Assembly: GCF_001194135.2 (NCBI RefSeq) | Contig: NC_068999.1 | Location: forward strand, 29,451,181 to 29,495,629 | Reading direction: 5' to 3' | DNA from: Octopus bimaculoides | Taxonomy: Eukaryota | DNA length: 44,449 bases | In this document: positions 12,201 to 23,330 of the stretch, one piece after another | How positions within the stretch are numbered: the first letter of the stretch is position 1 | How the letters are laid out: every line of letters starts with the position of its first letter | Notes under the pieces: model-generated | The model's input: only the letters and a program-made list of their open reading frames with translations | Database searches by the model: none | What the model was told of the DNA's origin: nothing | Position numbers and translations under genes: made by a program

Positions 12201-12545
12201 TTGCACATGGTGCATAGACAGCTGCCAGTCTGAAGGCACTGCCGCTGCTATGCGTCACGTCAAGGACAACCAGTCTGCCCTTCGGGTCCACAAAGATTGT
12301 TCTAATCTCTAAATCCAAATTTTTCCCGAATAAGACCGCAATCCATCCCACCCGGGCTGGCATGGAGAAATGTATTTCTCGTAGCCATTGAGGAGGGACG
12401 AGAAAGCCCACGGCCTATTCAGTTTGGTTTCGCTAGTGACTATTACATCCAGGTTCCGTGACCTGAGATCATTTAGGAAGCGACCTTACTTCCAGCTCGG
12501 TCCTAAGCCACGCACATTTATGCTGCCAAGCTTGAGCGAGAACAT
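9240..12545 (-). pseudogene. Copy B ORF2: APE endonuclease plus reverse transcriptase (disrupted)
   Basis: Starts MFSLKLGSINVRGL...LDVIVTSETKL. Contains LVVTGDFNTILD, GYWNLN, KSPGLDGLPYEFY, SFRSITLLNAKLKILAKVL, SVRQGCPLPP, TAYADV, and ends KFAARWMEVTHLMRMNEAT*. Confidence 0.88.
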
Positions 12546-12699
12546 AATGAATTAATTTACTTGCGATATTTATTCGTTGAGGAGTGATGGTAAACCTTCC
12601 TCTTCCGCAGTGGCTAGTGAGGTACTTCCCTTCAGTTTAGAATATAAATGTCTAGAAAAAAAATGTTTATAGGGATCCAGTGTCGTTTGGGTAGCTTTT

Positions 12700-13965
12700 T
12701 TAGGTCTATGTATGAGATATTATCTATATTAATGAATTAAATGTTGTCGGATATGTTTTAGTTTGATGGGGTTGTATAAGGGATGATGTGTGGGTTGTGT
12801 ATGAGTTCGACTAAAGTGGTGCTGTCTGTGTTAATTGCTGTGATATTGATGATTGCGTTTGCGGGTACTGGGCTGGGGGTTTGGAGTTGATGTGTAGTGG
12901 GTGTTGGTGTATGGGTGTCTGTGATGTTAATGTGTGGGGGGGATGCATTTTTTTCTTTTGCGTCTTTTTTTTTATTACTGTTCATTTATTATGGTTGGCT
13001 TCACTCCCTTGAACGTCTCTTTTGGGCTCTTTCGTTTCCTCTCTTGGGGTTTTGGTTTTGGGTTTTTGTTTTGGCGTTGCGTTGGCTGGCGTCTTTATGT
13101 CTTCATCTGGAGTCTCGATTTGTATGGGATCATTGGGTGGACAGAGAGCACCGTTTGTTATTCTTCTTGTGGGCAATCAGACTTTATATCAACCTTTTGC
13201 CCATATTTATAACATCGAATTTTTCTCCCCTTTTAGTGCGATTTCGTCGGGTAAAATTACCTGGTCTGGTATATCTTCAAGGTATTTTTGGGTGGCCTGT
13301 ATAATGAGTTCTGGGCCTTGGCTCCACCAGTTCTATTGGTGCCGCTAGTTAGCTTGGAAGATAGTAAGTCTATCCTCCATGTTCAGTAAAATGGCTGCTA
13401 CCAACCACACCACGACTATTTCTGGTGGGATCTCCCCTATACTGATTGACGAGGTTCGCTTTCCGAGATAAGTCGGCAGTAACACCAGTTCTGCCGACTT
13501 TAGGGGTGTTGTTGAGTGCTTTTTTGTTTTTGTTTTTTGCTTCTTCCTCGGAAGCAACCTCACCTCGAATCTGCTGTAGCGTTTTTCTCTTGCTGTAAGC
13601 GTTTTGAAAATAATTGTGGATAGTGTTTTGAAAATAATTGTCTTCTTTTGAGTGGATAGTATTAACTCCTCCGGGGTGCGGGGTTAGTTTGATATTAGTG
13701 CCTTCTTTTGTCGATAGACTTTTGCATTTTTCTATCTCGTTCAAGCTGACTTATTTTTTTCCGTGTTGACACTGGCAACAGAAGCGAAGTTGATTTTGTC
13801 GTTGCCTTGTTTTGGTTAGTGGGTTTTCGGTGTTCATTACTGTTGGATTTTGCTTGTCTCTCCTTTCGTGGTTTGGGAGGGAGGGAACATGTTGTTGTAC
13901 AAATTTTTTAAAACGTCTTTTTGGCTTTCCTTTTGGTGGGCGTTTTCGTTGTTTTCGGTATCCAT
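12700..13965 (-). pseudogene. Copy B ORF1 (gag-like, degenerate zinc knuckle), disrupted; 3' limit approximate
   Basis: ATG at 13965 (MDTENNENAH...). ELVLLPTYLGKRTSSISIGEIPPEI is shared with the fragment at 21930-22580; LYKYGQKVDIKSDCP corresponds to CYKCAQKGH in that fragment. Confidence 0.7.
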
Positions 13966-14156
13966 TGTTGTATTGTGTAAAAATAATATTACACGAAAAA
14001 GGAGAAATAAAATATTTCACCCCTAAATAGGAGGAATTTGCAGAAAAATAACCTTGCTCAAAATTGTTGTTTTTTGTAAAAAAAAAGACACAGAAAAAAC
14101 GATGTTAACAATCACTGGTAATAACAAAGCAAAAAGGCAAACCTACAATAAACTCA

Positions 14157-14192
14157 CAGCAACAAAAATACTCCCGTTCAGTAAAAGGCACT
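14157..14192 (-). repeat. Junction motif M, copy 3
   Basis: Minus strand AGTGCCTTTTACTGAACGGGAGTATTTTTGTTGCTG. Confidence 0.85.
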
Positions 14193-14194
14193 TA

Positions 14195-15195
14195 TTTTTA
14201 TTCGCCATAAAAGGCTTATACACAGGAGGGACAATACAGGACAGACAAAACATGGGGATGAAAAGAGCGTATGGACAATGAAAGAGTAGAAATGATAAAA
14301 ACGGAGTGATGGACACGGAGATGCCACAAACCACACATCATCACTGATCTTTTAGAATCACTGATACTTACGTTCAAGTCATCTCACTTACACATGTAAC
14401 AAGGCGTACACTCTTCATTCACAAATCAAGGTAGACAAAATGGATTGGAGCAACATATTAAATAACATGTAACACTTGAGGAAAAGGGAATGTCGCGTTG
14501 TCTTTTGATCTTCTTTTAGGATCACTGATACTCACATTCAATCATCTCACACATGTAACAAGGCAATACACTCTTCATCCACAGTACAGGACAGAAAAAA
14601 TGAGTTGAATCAACATTTGATTAAATAACGTGTAACAATTGGTTAAAAAGAACATTGCATTGTCTTTTGAGCTCGCTGGTGTTCGGGTGTGGAGGGGCTA
14701 AATATTGGGTAACACGTGAATTTCTGTATATATGTTTAGCTAGGGTGGGGGTTTTTTCCGGTGTTGCTGGCGGACGATATATCTTGTGCAAATGGATTAT
14801 ATCTGGTTTTGTTTGGGAAAAAAGAGTAGGATGTCTGTGTTTTGTGTGTGTATGATGTGAATGCGGGTTTTTGGTTGTCTTTGTGTTTGATGGATTCTTT
14901 GTTTGGGGTAACTGCTATGTTTTTCTCTTCCTTCGTTTGGAAAAAGGGGAGGGAGTGTAACATTTGTTCGCACAATTCCTCCAGGAAATAGTCTAGAATT
15001 ACATATTGGGAGACGTCAACTTCCATGTACTGATTGTGTAAAAACATTTTCCACAAAGGGAAACAATTCGCCCCTAAACAGGGGAATTCGCACAAAAAAC
15101 AATCTATCCAAAAGACACACTGAAAACAACTAAAGTTTTATAACAGTTCAAACAAACAACGGTAATCCCAAAAGGGAAAGCCTACAATTAAACGA
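14195..15195 (-). mobile_element. Internally deleted, about 1 kb derivative of the same Tx1 family (5' UTR and ORF1 start joined to ORF2 end and 3' UTR)
   Basis: 15060-15195 is homologous to the copy B 5' UTR (CCCCTAAACAGGGGAATT vs CCCCTAAATAGGAGGAATT; CCTACAAT). 14195-14400 is homologous to the 3' ends of A and B (ATTCGCCATAAAAGG, ACAATACAGGACAGACAAA, CATCACTGATCTTTT). Confidence 0.75.
14350..14672. repeat. Tandem duplication, 2 x about 164 bp
   Basis: TTTTAG(A/G)ATCACTGATACT...CACATGTAACAAGGC...TTGTCTTTTGA at 14350-14510 and 14514-14672. Confidence 0.85.
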
Positions 15196-15232
15196 GAGCA
15201 GCAGAAAACACGTCCGTTCAGTAAATGGTACT
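15196..15232 (-). repeat. Junction motif M, copy 4
   Basis: Minus strand AGTACCATTTACTGAACGGACGTGTTTTCTGCTGCTC. Confidence 0.8.
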
Positions 15233-15370
15233 AACATAGAATGACTCACCCCAGACACAATATATATATATATATATATACCAGTAAATTTTGTAATCGT
15301 TACCAATATAGCATAAGACTTCACCCCAAGGGATCATTGATTAGATTCCTTAAGGATCGTTCTCATTGTT

Positions 15371-15492
15371 TATATTTCCAAGGTTTCAAATTTGTACATT
15401 TAAAAGGAGAGAAATTCAACACCGTCGATTTTTTTCCATTTATTTAATTATTTAGCATCCGATGTCAACATTTCTGTGCTTAACTCTATCCA
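15371..15492 (+). repeat. 122-bp inverted repeat, left arm
   Basis: Its reverse complement matches 16730-16851 at 120/122 positions by manual comparison. Confidence 0.92.
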
Positions 15493-16729
15493 ACGATTGA
15501 TCTGTTGAATATTTGACGTCTCGCACTTCATCAGGAATGGTTTCCATTAGAACAAATGACTAAAAAACATAATTAATCGATCGATCAGACCAGATTATTA
15601 AAAAATTATTGAACTATACCGTTTTCGTCCGCCATGCTGTCTTGCTTATTTTTAGATGTACAGGGGAGGTAACTCCTTAATCTTTTCTATTGTTACTGCT
15701 CTCCTGTGAATGCCTACTACATTAATTTATTTTATTTATTTATTAATTTATTTATTAATTTATTTATTAATTTATTTATTATTAACTATTGATTATTCAA
15801 GATAGGTAGATTATTTTTGTTGCCCCTGGGACGCTATCATTGCTATTGGTTTATTTTACATTAATACTATGTCTTATTATTGAGCTAAGAGAATTTTATC
15901 CAGAAATCATTGCTCCTAGGAATCTTTTCAAGCCCCAACAGTGATATGTTCAATAATATTTCAATATATTATCATTATTTGCTATAACCATTATATTCTA
16001 TGGATTTCATACTAAGATTTATAACCTCATCTCTTCTTACTTAGAATCCCCAGTTTGTTATCTTATTCCCAGTTCTTATTTTAATTTAATATCTACCCTT
16101 ATCTTGGTTGAGTCATACACTTATATTCTGTTTTGAGATCTAACAATGGGCTGTGTTGTACTGTACTGTACTACCCGTTCTACTTCTCTTCTTTATATTC
16201 AATCTATACTGAGTTGTTCCTAGGTTTGAGTAGCAAATTCCCAGCCGCCGCTTACACCTTTATTTTAATTCTTTCTATATGGTCTGCCTCCATACTTACT
16301 ATTGTGTGCCCTCACAAACACTTCTACTACTATTATTATTATTATTGTTGTTATTGTTCTTCTTCTTCTTATTATTATTATTAATAATAATCCTATATTA
16401 CAACTTATACAATCTACACTTATAAGCTGTCCAGACTATAGTGCCCCAACCTAGGATTGGTCTTCACTATTACAAGTTAACTCCTATTAATAGATAATTT
16501 GGGGTTCGAAGTGAAATATTTTTAACTGACCCATTAACCATAGTAATCCCTTCTTTAAATTAATGCTACAGTGCCTTCCCGGTTATAGCCAGACATCTAT
16601 TATAATCTAACTTAATTTTCTAATGCCACTAAGGTTCAAGTGCATCTCCAAACTTTCACTTGTATTTTATGCATCAGTGCACATACTTTCATGACCTAAC
16701 TTTGTCTTATAATTTAGTATATATATATA

Positions 16730-16844
16730 TGGATAGAGTTAAGCACAGAAATGTTGACATCGGATGCTAAATAATTAAATAAATGGGGAAAAATCGACGG
16801 TGTTGAATTTCTCTCCTTTTAAATGTACAAATTTGAAACCTTGG

Positions 16845-16851
<7 letters not shown>
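16730..16851 (-). repeat. 122-bp inverted repeat, right arm (runs into (TA)n and a gap)
   Basis: TGGATAGAGTTAAGCACAGAAATG...AAACCTTGGAAATATA. Confidence 0.92.
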
Positions 16852-16877
<26 letters not shown>

Positions 16878-17484
16878 NNNNNNNNNNNNNNNNNNNNNNN
16901 NNNNNNNNNNNNNNNNNNNNNNNNNNNNNNNNNNNNNNNNNNNNNNNNNNNNNNNNNNNNNNNNNNNNNNNNNNNNNNNNNNNNNNNNNNNNNNNNNNNN
17001 NNNNNNNNNNNNNNNNNNNNNNNNNNNNNNNNNNNNNNNNNNNNNNNNNNNNNNNNNNNNNNNNNNNNNNNNNNNNNNNNNNNNNNNNNNNNNNNNNNNN
17101 NNNNNNNNNNNNNNNNNNNNNNNNNNNNNNNNNNNNNNNNNNNNNNNNNNNNNNNNNNNNNNNNNNNNNNNNNNNNNNNNNNNNNNNNNNNNNNNNNNNN
17201 NNNNNNNNNNNNNNNNNNNNNNNNNNNNNNNNNNNNNNNNNNNNNNNNNNNNNNNNNNNNNNNNNNNNNNNNNNNNNNNNNNNNNNNNNNNNNNNNNNNN
17301 NNNNNNNNNNNNNNNNNNNNNNNNNNNNNNNNNNNNNNNNNNNNNNNNNNNNNNNNNNNNNNNNNNNNNNNNNNNNNNNNNNNNNNNNNNNNNNNNNNNN
17401 NNNNNNNNNNNNNNNNNNNNNNNNNNNNNNNNNNNNNNNNNNNNNNNNNNNNNNNNNNNNNNNNNNNNNNNNNNNNNNNNNNNN

Positions 17485-17516
<32 letters not shown>

Positions 17517-17639
17517 TAACAAAGTAAGGAAAGTAATTCCTTCAGAGGGATGAGTGAAACATCCAGTTCACTAGTACGTCAGTTGAATCTATAATATAAA
17601 TTGGGCATGGGTGATCGTTGCATTCTTTCTTGTCTTGAG

Positions 17640-17760
17640 GTTCACAGCCAAACGGCTGGGTGGATTTGCGTGAAAAATGGCACACATATGGAGATGGGTG
17701 CATAGATTGGAATGTGGTTTGTACTTTTTTCGTAACCCCATAGTTACCGAGAAAATCGAT
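17640..17760 (+). mobile_element. Possible non-autonomous Helitron/HINE-like core fragment
   Basis: CACAGCCAAACGGCTGGGTGGATTTGCGTGAAAAATGGCACACAT resembles the AACTACTGAACCGATTT..ATGAAATTT..CACA core also seen at 44160-44200. Confidence 0.3.
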
Positions 17761-18279
17761 TAAAACTTTTCTAATGGAATTCCTCTGTTTGTTCCGCCAT
17801 TAAAACAACCAGTTGCTCACACAGCCGGCATATACCATTTCGATAGCAACAAGGGGAGTACAGGATGACAGTCAGCCAAAACTTTCGCTATACTGTCTCT
17901 TTTCTTTCACCTCTTTGTGGGGTTAATAATCTTAATCTTTAGTTACAGTTTTTCATTCAAGCTACATAATAGGCAGAATTGTCGGATTAAGATAGTAGGA
18001 TGTTTTGAGGGAGATTTGGCTGCTATTACTACCAGGTCTAACTACCATGTAGAGGTCTGAACTTAATTTTCATTCACATATTTGTATTTCAAAAATTTAA
18101 CATAATCTTTTCCATAAATCAACTATCGTAAACTTTTTATACGATGACCTCACATTTTCTGTGTATGTGTGTGTACCTTAAAAGACGTCATTCATCACGA
18201 CACACACCTTCACTCACTCACTCTATCTCTCTCTCACCCTCTTTCTCTTTTACATACACACGCGCAAGCACGCGCACGA

Positions 18280-18280
<1 letters not shown>

Positions 18281-18353
<73 letters not shown>

Positions 18354-18360
18354 ACACACA
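18281..18360. repeat. (CA)n microsatellite
   Basis: Direct reading. Confidence 0.97.
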
Positions 18361-18559
18361 CGTCCATTTCATATATCTTCTTTCAATTTCTGCTCTCTGC
18401 AAATAAAATTTTTACGGATACAACTGCTTACAAAAATAGGGAATAATGCATCATTTCTATTGTACCTCTGTCTAATCATTAAAACGTTGACTTAATTATG
18501 AACATAGAAAGAAATTTGTACGTAGTCTGTTTCTGAGACATGAGAGGAGAAGCAGTGAA

Positions 18560-20680
18560 CATCATAGAAGCTCATTCACCAGAAGACGAGATCGAGTTTA
18601 ACGAAGTTGTTCTGTGAATGGAAGAAGTTCGAAGAAGTTATTGTCTCTGCATTGCACCCAAGACATATAGCATTGATGGCGATACCCTTATAACTGTGAT
18701 TCAGAAACTTCAGGATGGAAAAGCACATGGAAGAGACTTGATTGTTGGATACTGGTACAAGAAGTTGACCTAGCAACCATATCTTATCAACCTGTACCAG
18801 CAAGCTCTCAATAAGGAGTAGTAGCATACGAGACTGGTTAGCTCTGGTAGAAACAAAACTAATCTCCAAATGCAGAACCAGTCACATGGCAAAAAACTAC
18901 TGTGCTTAATGTGAGCATAGTCAAAGCCATAGCTGACCTGACTTAATCGTAGGCCACCATCTTGGAATTAAACACAAGGAATGATTGTATTATCACTGAT
19001 AGAATACAGTATCGCAAGAGTATATTCCAAAGGGACAGCCTCTCTGTGATGATGTTTATACTTTCTGTAAACTCCTTGTTATTCATGTTAGGGCAGTCTG
19101 AAAGTTATCTCACTGGCTCATAAGGAAACAGAAATACCAAAATTAGACACTGTTTCTTTGTGGTTGATTTGAAACTATATGCAAAGAATATGCACGAGAT
19201 GAAGTAGGGCCTTGACCTGATTACAACATTCGCAAAGGATATAGGACTGGAGTTTGGTCAGTATAAATGTTGTTATGTGGTTGTAAAAAGCGGGAAAACT
19301 GTAAATCAGACTAGCAACATCTCCATCAATGATTTGACTGTTTCCCCTATATCTAATGAGGAATGTTACATGTATCGAGGGTGAATGAAAACACATCTTA
19401 CAATGGCACCTATAACAAAACACGTGTCACAAAGAATATTATAGCCGAATAAAGAATATTTGAACTCTCTACATTCAATAAAACAGTGGCCTACAATATG
19501 TTTGCAGTGCCAGTACTCATACTAACATTTGGGTTGCTTGATTGGATGCTTGATGAGATCCGAGTCATTTATGTGAAAACCCGGAAGATACTAACCAGGA
19601 CACAATTTCCACAACAACGAAAACTAGACAGTTGACTGCCTTTGAATATTGTATCATATCCCTTCGGCAACATATTTTAACCACCAATTGTCGAAGTGCA
19701 TCTCTTGACCAAGTTTGCATACATGAGGCTGATAACATCATAAGACTTGGAAAGCAGCTCCTTCAGCAGCATTCCTTCTCTGATAACCTTAAATACATGC
19801 TCGAAGAAGTCATACGACTCTACGGTAATCTATCATCAGATGAAAGGATGAGCGTATATGAGCAGCAGACCATGCATAGATATTTTAGTAGAAAGCTCCG
19901 AGATGATAGTAACATTGATCCTCAAAGCAGTTTATCATGGACCAACAACCGGATTACTACCTCCCACTTTGAAGGGTATACGTTAGCAACCCAGGAACAG
20001 GAAATATTGACCAAATACCTGATACCCGAAAAGGACAGAGATACTGGAAAAGCAGCAAAATGTGACAACCAATGTCTGCATTGTGAAGTTAATACCGAAG
20101 ATGTCACCCACATCATAAGCAGTTGTCCGAAAATGTCATCACGATATTATCTACCGATGAGACATGATGTTGTAGCCACGACATTGTATAACGAGATTCA
20201 TCGAAAGGATGGAGAAATAAGAACCCACAGTATGATGGGAGCCATAGCCACTCATAATAAGAAGGAGTACGGGTGGAATGTCCCAGTGAAAACCTCAATA
20301 AAATGTAAGCACAACAGACCTGATATAATGATTTAGAATAGAGAAGAGAAATTGGGTACGGCTGTGGAAATCAGCTGCCAAGCGGATGTTAACATAAAGC
20401 TGAAGGTCAGTGAAAAAGAGAATACCTATGCTAAACTATTGAGAATTCTGCAGTTATTCTATCCAGATTATAAGTTCCTTTATAACCTGTAATTATTAGT
20501 GCACTGGGATGTGTAACACACTGCCTAAATATCAATCTTGAGAAATTAGGCACAAAGTGGAAAGTTGATTGGAAGACTACAGATCCAAACCAGAAAGTAG
20601 AAAGTTGATTGGAAGACTACAGATCCAAGCCATCGTTGGAACTGCAAAAATCTGCAAAACAATGAGCATGTCTAGATATG
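18560..20680 (+). mobile_element. Decayed R4/Dong-type RLE non-LTR retrotransposon (RT, CCHC, RLE)
   Basis: GYWYKKLT; SIFQRDSLSVMMFILSVN (GIFQGDSLSP motif); FFVVDLKLYAK (decayed DD motif); CLHCEVNTEDVTHIISSCPK..RHDVVA (zinc finger); HNRPDIMI..VEISC..KVSEKENTY (PD..E..K nuclease); LQIQAIVGTAKICK. ORF track 19632-20336 covers part of it. Confidence 0.88.
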
Positions 20681-20789
20681 CGTGAGAAGACATATATAAA
20701 ACAAAACACACAAATCTACACTTATACATATATACATTCATGTATGTGTATATGCACATACATGTACTGTTTTTTTAGTGTGAGTACAC

Positions 20790-21018
20790 ATAGGACCTGT
20801 TATCCAGTTTCCATGGTATATTAGTGACCAAGATCACCGCATTCCCCCTAAACGGGTCGCCAGTCCATAGCAGTTGACTCATTTATAGCTGAGTGAATAG
20901 GAGTGATGTGAAATGATGTTTTACTCAACAACAGAATGTGCCATGCAATCTGGGAATCGAAACCACAATCCTGCGAGCGTGAGTGCTATACTTTAGCCAC
21001 TATTCCACGTGCCTTCAC
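20790..21018 (-). mobile_element. tRNA-derived SINE (second family)
   Basis: Minus strand GTGAAGGCACGTGGAATAGTGG...GGTTTCGATTCCC...TTCACTCAGCTATAAATGAG. Same family as 36955-37238. Confidence 0.75.
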
Positions 21019-21364
21019 TACCTATATGCATACATATATAGGTATATATGTATACATATATATTCATATATATATTTAAGCATTAGAATTTAGAAGCTTT
21101 GACAGAACTTGAAAAAATTCTTTTTTCGGAATGGTGAAACTCGAACCTACATCTTCCGTAAACATGACAAATGTTCTGAGTTTGGACCAAAGCAATTCTT
21201 CGAATTTCTGTATCCATTTTAGAAACTTTATTCTTACCAGTGAGAATTGTATGGTGTTGGTGCCATTGGAATATAGAAGCTTAAGGAGAACGTGAAATAT
21301 TTTTGGGAATGGTGAAACTCGAAACTGATAAAGCAATTAAAAAAACAGTGTAAAGATAATGGTT

Positions 21365-21540
21365 TAAAATCCAAGATAAGATGCAGTTTAGTGTTGTGCC
21401 AGGAAGAAGCATTACTCTCTTAACCTCTTTGTAGTACGGTAGCTGCAGGATTAGTATTTAGCCAAAAATAAATCGCTATATATGGCTTTTGTTGTCTTGA
21501 AAAGCACCTTTGAGAGAGTTCCTCGCTTCTAGATCACTTG
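21365..21540 (+). mobile_element. RTE-clade LINE RT fragment
   Basis: MQFSVVPGRSIT...YLAKNKSLYMAFVVLKSTFERVPR corresponds to QFGFxPGRST..YLAKNKPLYMAFVDLEKAFDRVPR. Confidence 0.75.
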
Positions 21541-21564
21541 TAAAGTGGCCAATGGTAGTAACAT

Positions 21565-21927
21565 TGATCATCAAAGCAGACTATCATGAACTAACAATCG
21601 GATTACTACCTCACACTTTGAAGGGTATGCGTTTGCAATCCAGGAACAGGAAATATCATCGAAATACCTGATACACAAAAGGGTTTAGTAAATAGACATC
21701 TGACTTTTTATAACAGCGGTAGTATAATGTCTTGCAATGCAATAATAGACAACGTTCAGAGGGCAATGCAACTCGGCTGGCTACACCAACCAAATCACAC
21801 ATAGATGGATAAGAGTTCCGTCAAAGGGAAGGAATACTCTTACAAGGGACAGAGATGCAGATAAAGCAGCAAAATGTGACAACCAATGCAAACTTTGTGG
21901 AGTTAACACCGAAGATATCACCCACAT
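21565..21927 (+). mobile_element. Second fragment of the R4/Dong family, interrupted by a 165-bp insert
   Basis: Homologous to 19915-20115 (GGATTACTACCTC.CACTTTGAAGGGTAT, AAAGCAGCAAAATGTGACAACCAATG, ACCGAAGAT.TCACCCACATC). Confidence 0.85.
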
Positions 21928-21929
21928 CG

Positions 21930-22580
21930 GTTTGCCGTCTTTCATTCTTCTGTTTTCTCTTTCTCCATTTGTGCCTCCTTGCCATCCTCCTTGCCGCGCT
22001 TCTCCACACACCCTCCTGTACCATTTGTCATTGCAGGAGGTAGAGGTGCGATTTCCGTTCGGGCCTGCAGTGCACCTGGTATCTTTGTGGTCAGTGGCCC
22101 TTTTGGGCACATTTATAGCAACGGGGCTTCCTACCCTCCACTATAACTCTCAATACCACCTTGTCTCCCACCGTTATGGTGTCAAGCATTCTTTTAAGGT
22201 CTTCAGGGGCAGCCTAGATGGTTATCTCCAGGGTTTGCCCTTGCCAATTCTTCGGTGGCGTTCTCGTTATTTGGAGGACCTCTATCTTTTCTTCTACATC
22301 CAGCCACCAGCTAGGCGACATCTACCTCTTAGGGAATCTCTTCCACCCTTACCCTGGAAGCACGCCTTCCAAGGTAAGTAGGCAGAAGTATTACCTCGTC
22401 CGTTTTCAGGGAGGCTACCAAATGTTACCTGGCCTTCTCCTCGGATACATATCGCACTTCCACAGTTGCGTATTTTCTCCCTCTGGCAAGGTAGGTGACA
22501 TCCTGCCAGATGGGTCTCAATACTTTCTGTAGACGTAGGCTGGAGCTGGAAAAAATAAACCTCTTACCTAGGTAATGATC
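21930..22580 (-). pseudogene. Tx1-clade ORF1 fragment with zinc-knuckle start
   Basis: KTDEVILLPTYLGRRASRVRVEEIP...VIVEGRKPRCYKCAQKGH, homologous to copy B ORF1. Confidence 0.75.
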
Positions 22581-22640
22581 AAGCAGAAAAGAGGATGAAT
22601 GATAAAAATATTGAATGATCATGTGGTCTAAAAAGCGAAG

Positions 22641-22706
22641 GGAGAGAGACCCATGGACTGGGGGAGAGAGACCCATGGACTGGGGGAGAGAGACCCATGG
22701 ACTGGG
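22641..22706. repeat. 3 x 22-bp tandem repeat GGAGAGAGACCCATGGACTGGG
   Basis: Direct reading. Confidence 0.92.
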
Positions 22707-23034
22707 GAGAGCAGGTAGGAAGAAAGAGGGAGTGTAGAGAAAGAAGGAAATAAAGATAGACAGGAGGTAGTTGACAGCGATAGACAGAGGAAGAAATGAA
22801 GAGTAGGAAAGAGAGAAAGGAAGCAGATATATATAGAGAAAAACAGATAGAAATAGACAGGGCAGGTTTTGCAAAGAAGAGGAGAGAGAAGAATAGAAAA
22901 TGGATAGAAAATAGAGACAAAGTGGACCAGTGTGGGGGGTGCCTCTGGGTATGAACAGAAGCGGGTGCATGGCTTCACATTGACTAATAATAAAATGATG
23001 CACAGAACGTCTACCTTGACTCTCTATCTATCTC

Positions 23035-23035
<1 letters not shown>

Positions 23036-23097
<62 letters not shown>
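23036..23097. repeat. (CT)n microsatellite
   Basis: Direct reading. Confidence 0.97.
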
Positions 23098-23103
<6 letters not shown>

Positions 23104-23330
23104 GTATTTTATTATACTTGTTTATCGTTCATTTACTTATTAATTTTTTCTATATGTCACTGTGGATTTTCATGGATGAGTTCATGAACTTTGGTTCTTT
23201 TCTCTAAATTATATATTTATATATTTTATACTGTGAAATTTAATTTAATTCTAATTTTTGCTAAATTGAATTTAATTTAGTTTTTACCTATGAATTTGGA
23301 TTTTTATCCCTAATTTATAATTAACGCTTA

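Larger units (their letters stand above)
9038..14160 (-). mobile_element. Tx1/L1-clade LINE copy B, apparently full length (5' UTR, ORF1, ORF2, 3' UTR with AATAAAAAA)
   Basis: ORF1 and APE-RT ORF2 remnants in order. The 3' end reads GGCGAATAAAAAA on the minus strand at about 9038-9050. Confidence 0.9.

Noticed and set aside
14173-14206. Motif M resembles U5 snRNA loop I (GCCTTTTAC)
   Set aside because: The flanking U5 stem, internal loop and Sm site are absent, and the other M copies do not keep GCCTTTTAC.
16767-17527. Long ORFs of 234-251 aa; likewise those at 3332, 3405, 5574, 23576 and 29037
   Set aside because: They run through N gaps and microsatellites.
21076-21336. 86-aa minus-strand ORF with a repeated GGAATGGTGAAACTCGAA
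   Set aside because: No recognisable motif or splice context; an 18-bp repeat alone is not interpretable.
22641-22706. CRISPR-like array
   Set aside because: The repeats are contiguous with no spacers, and the context is eukaryotic.
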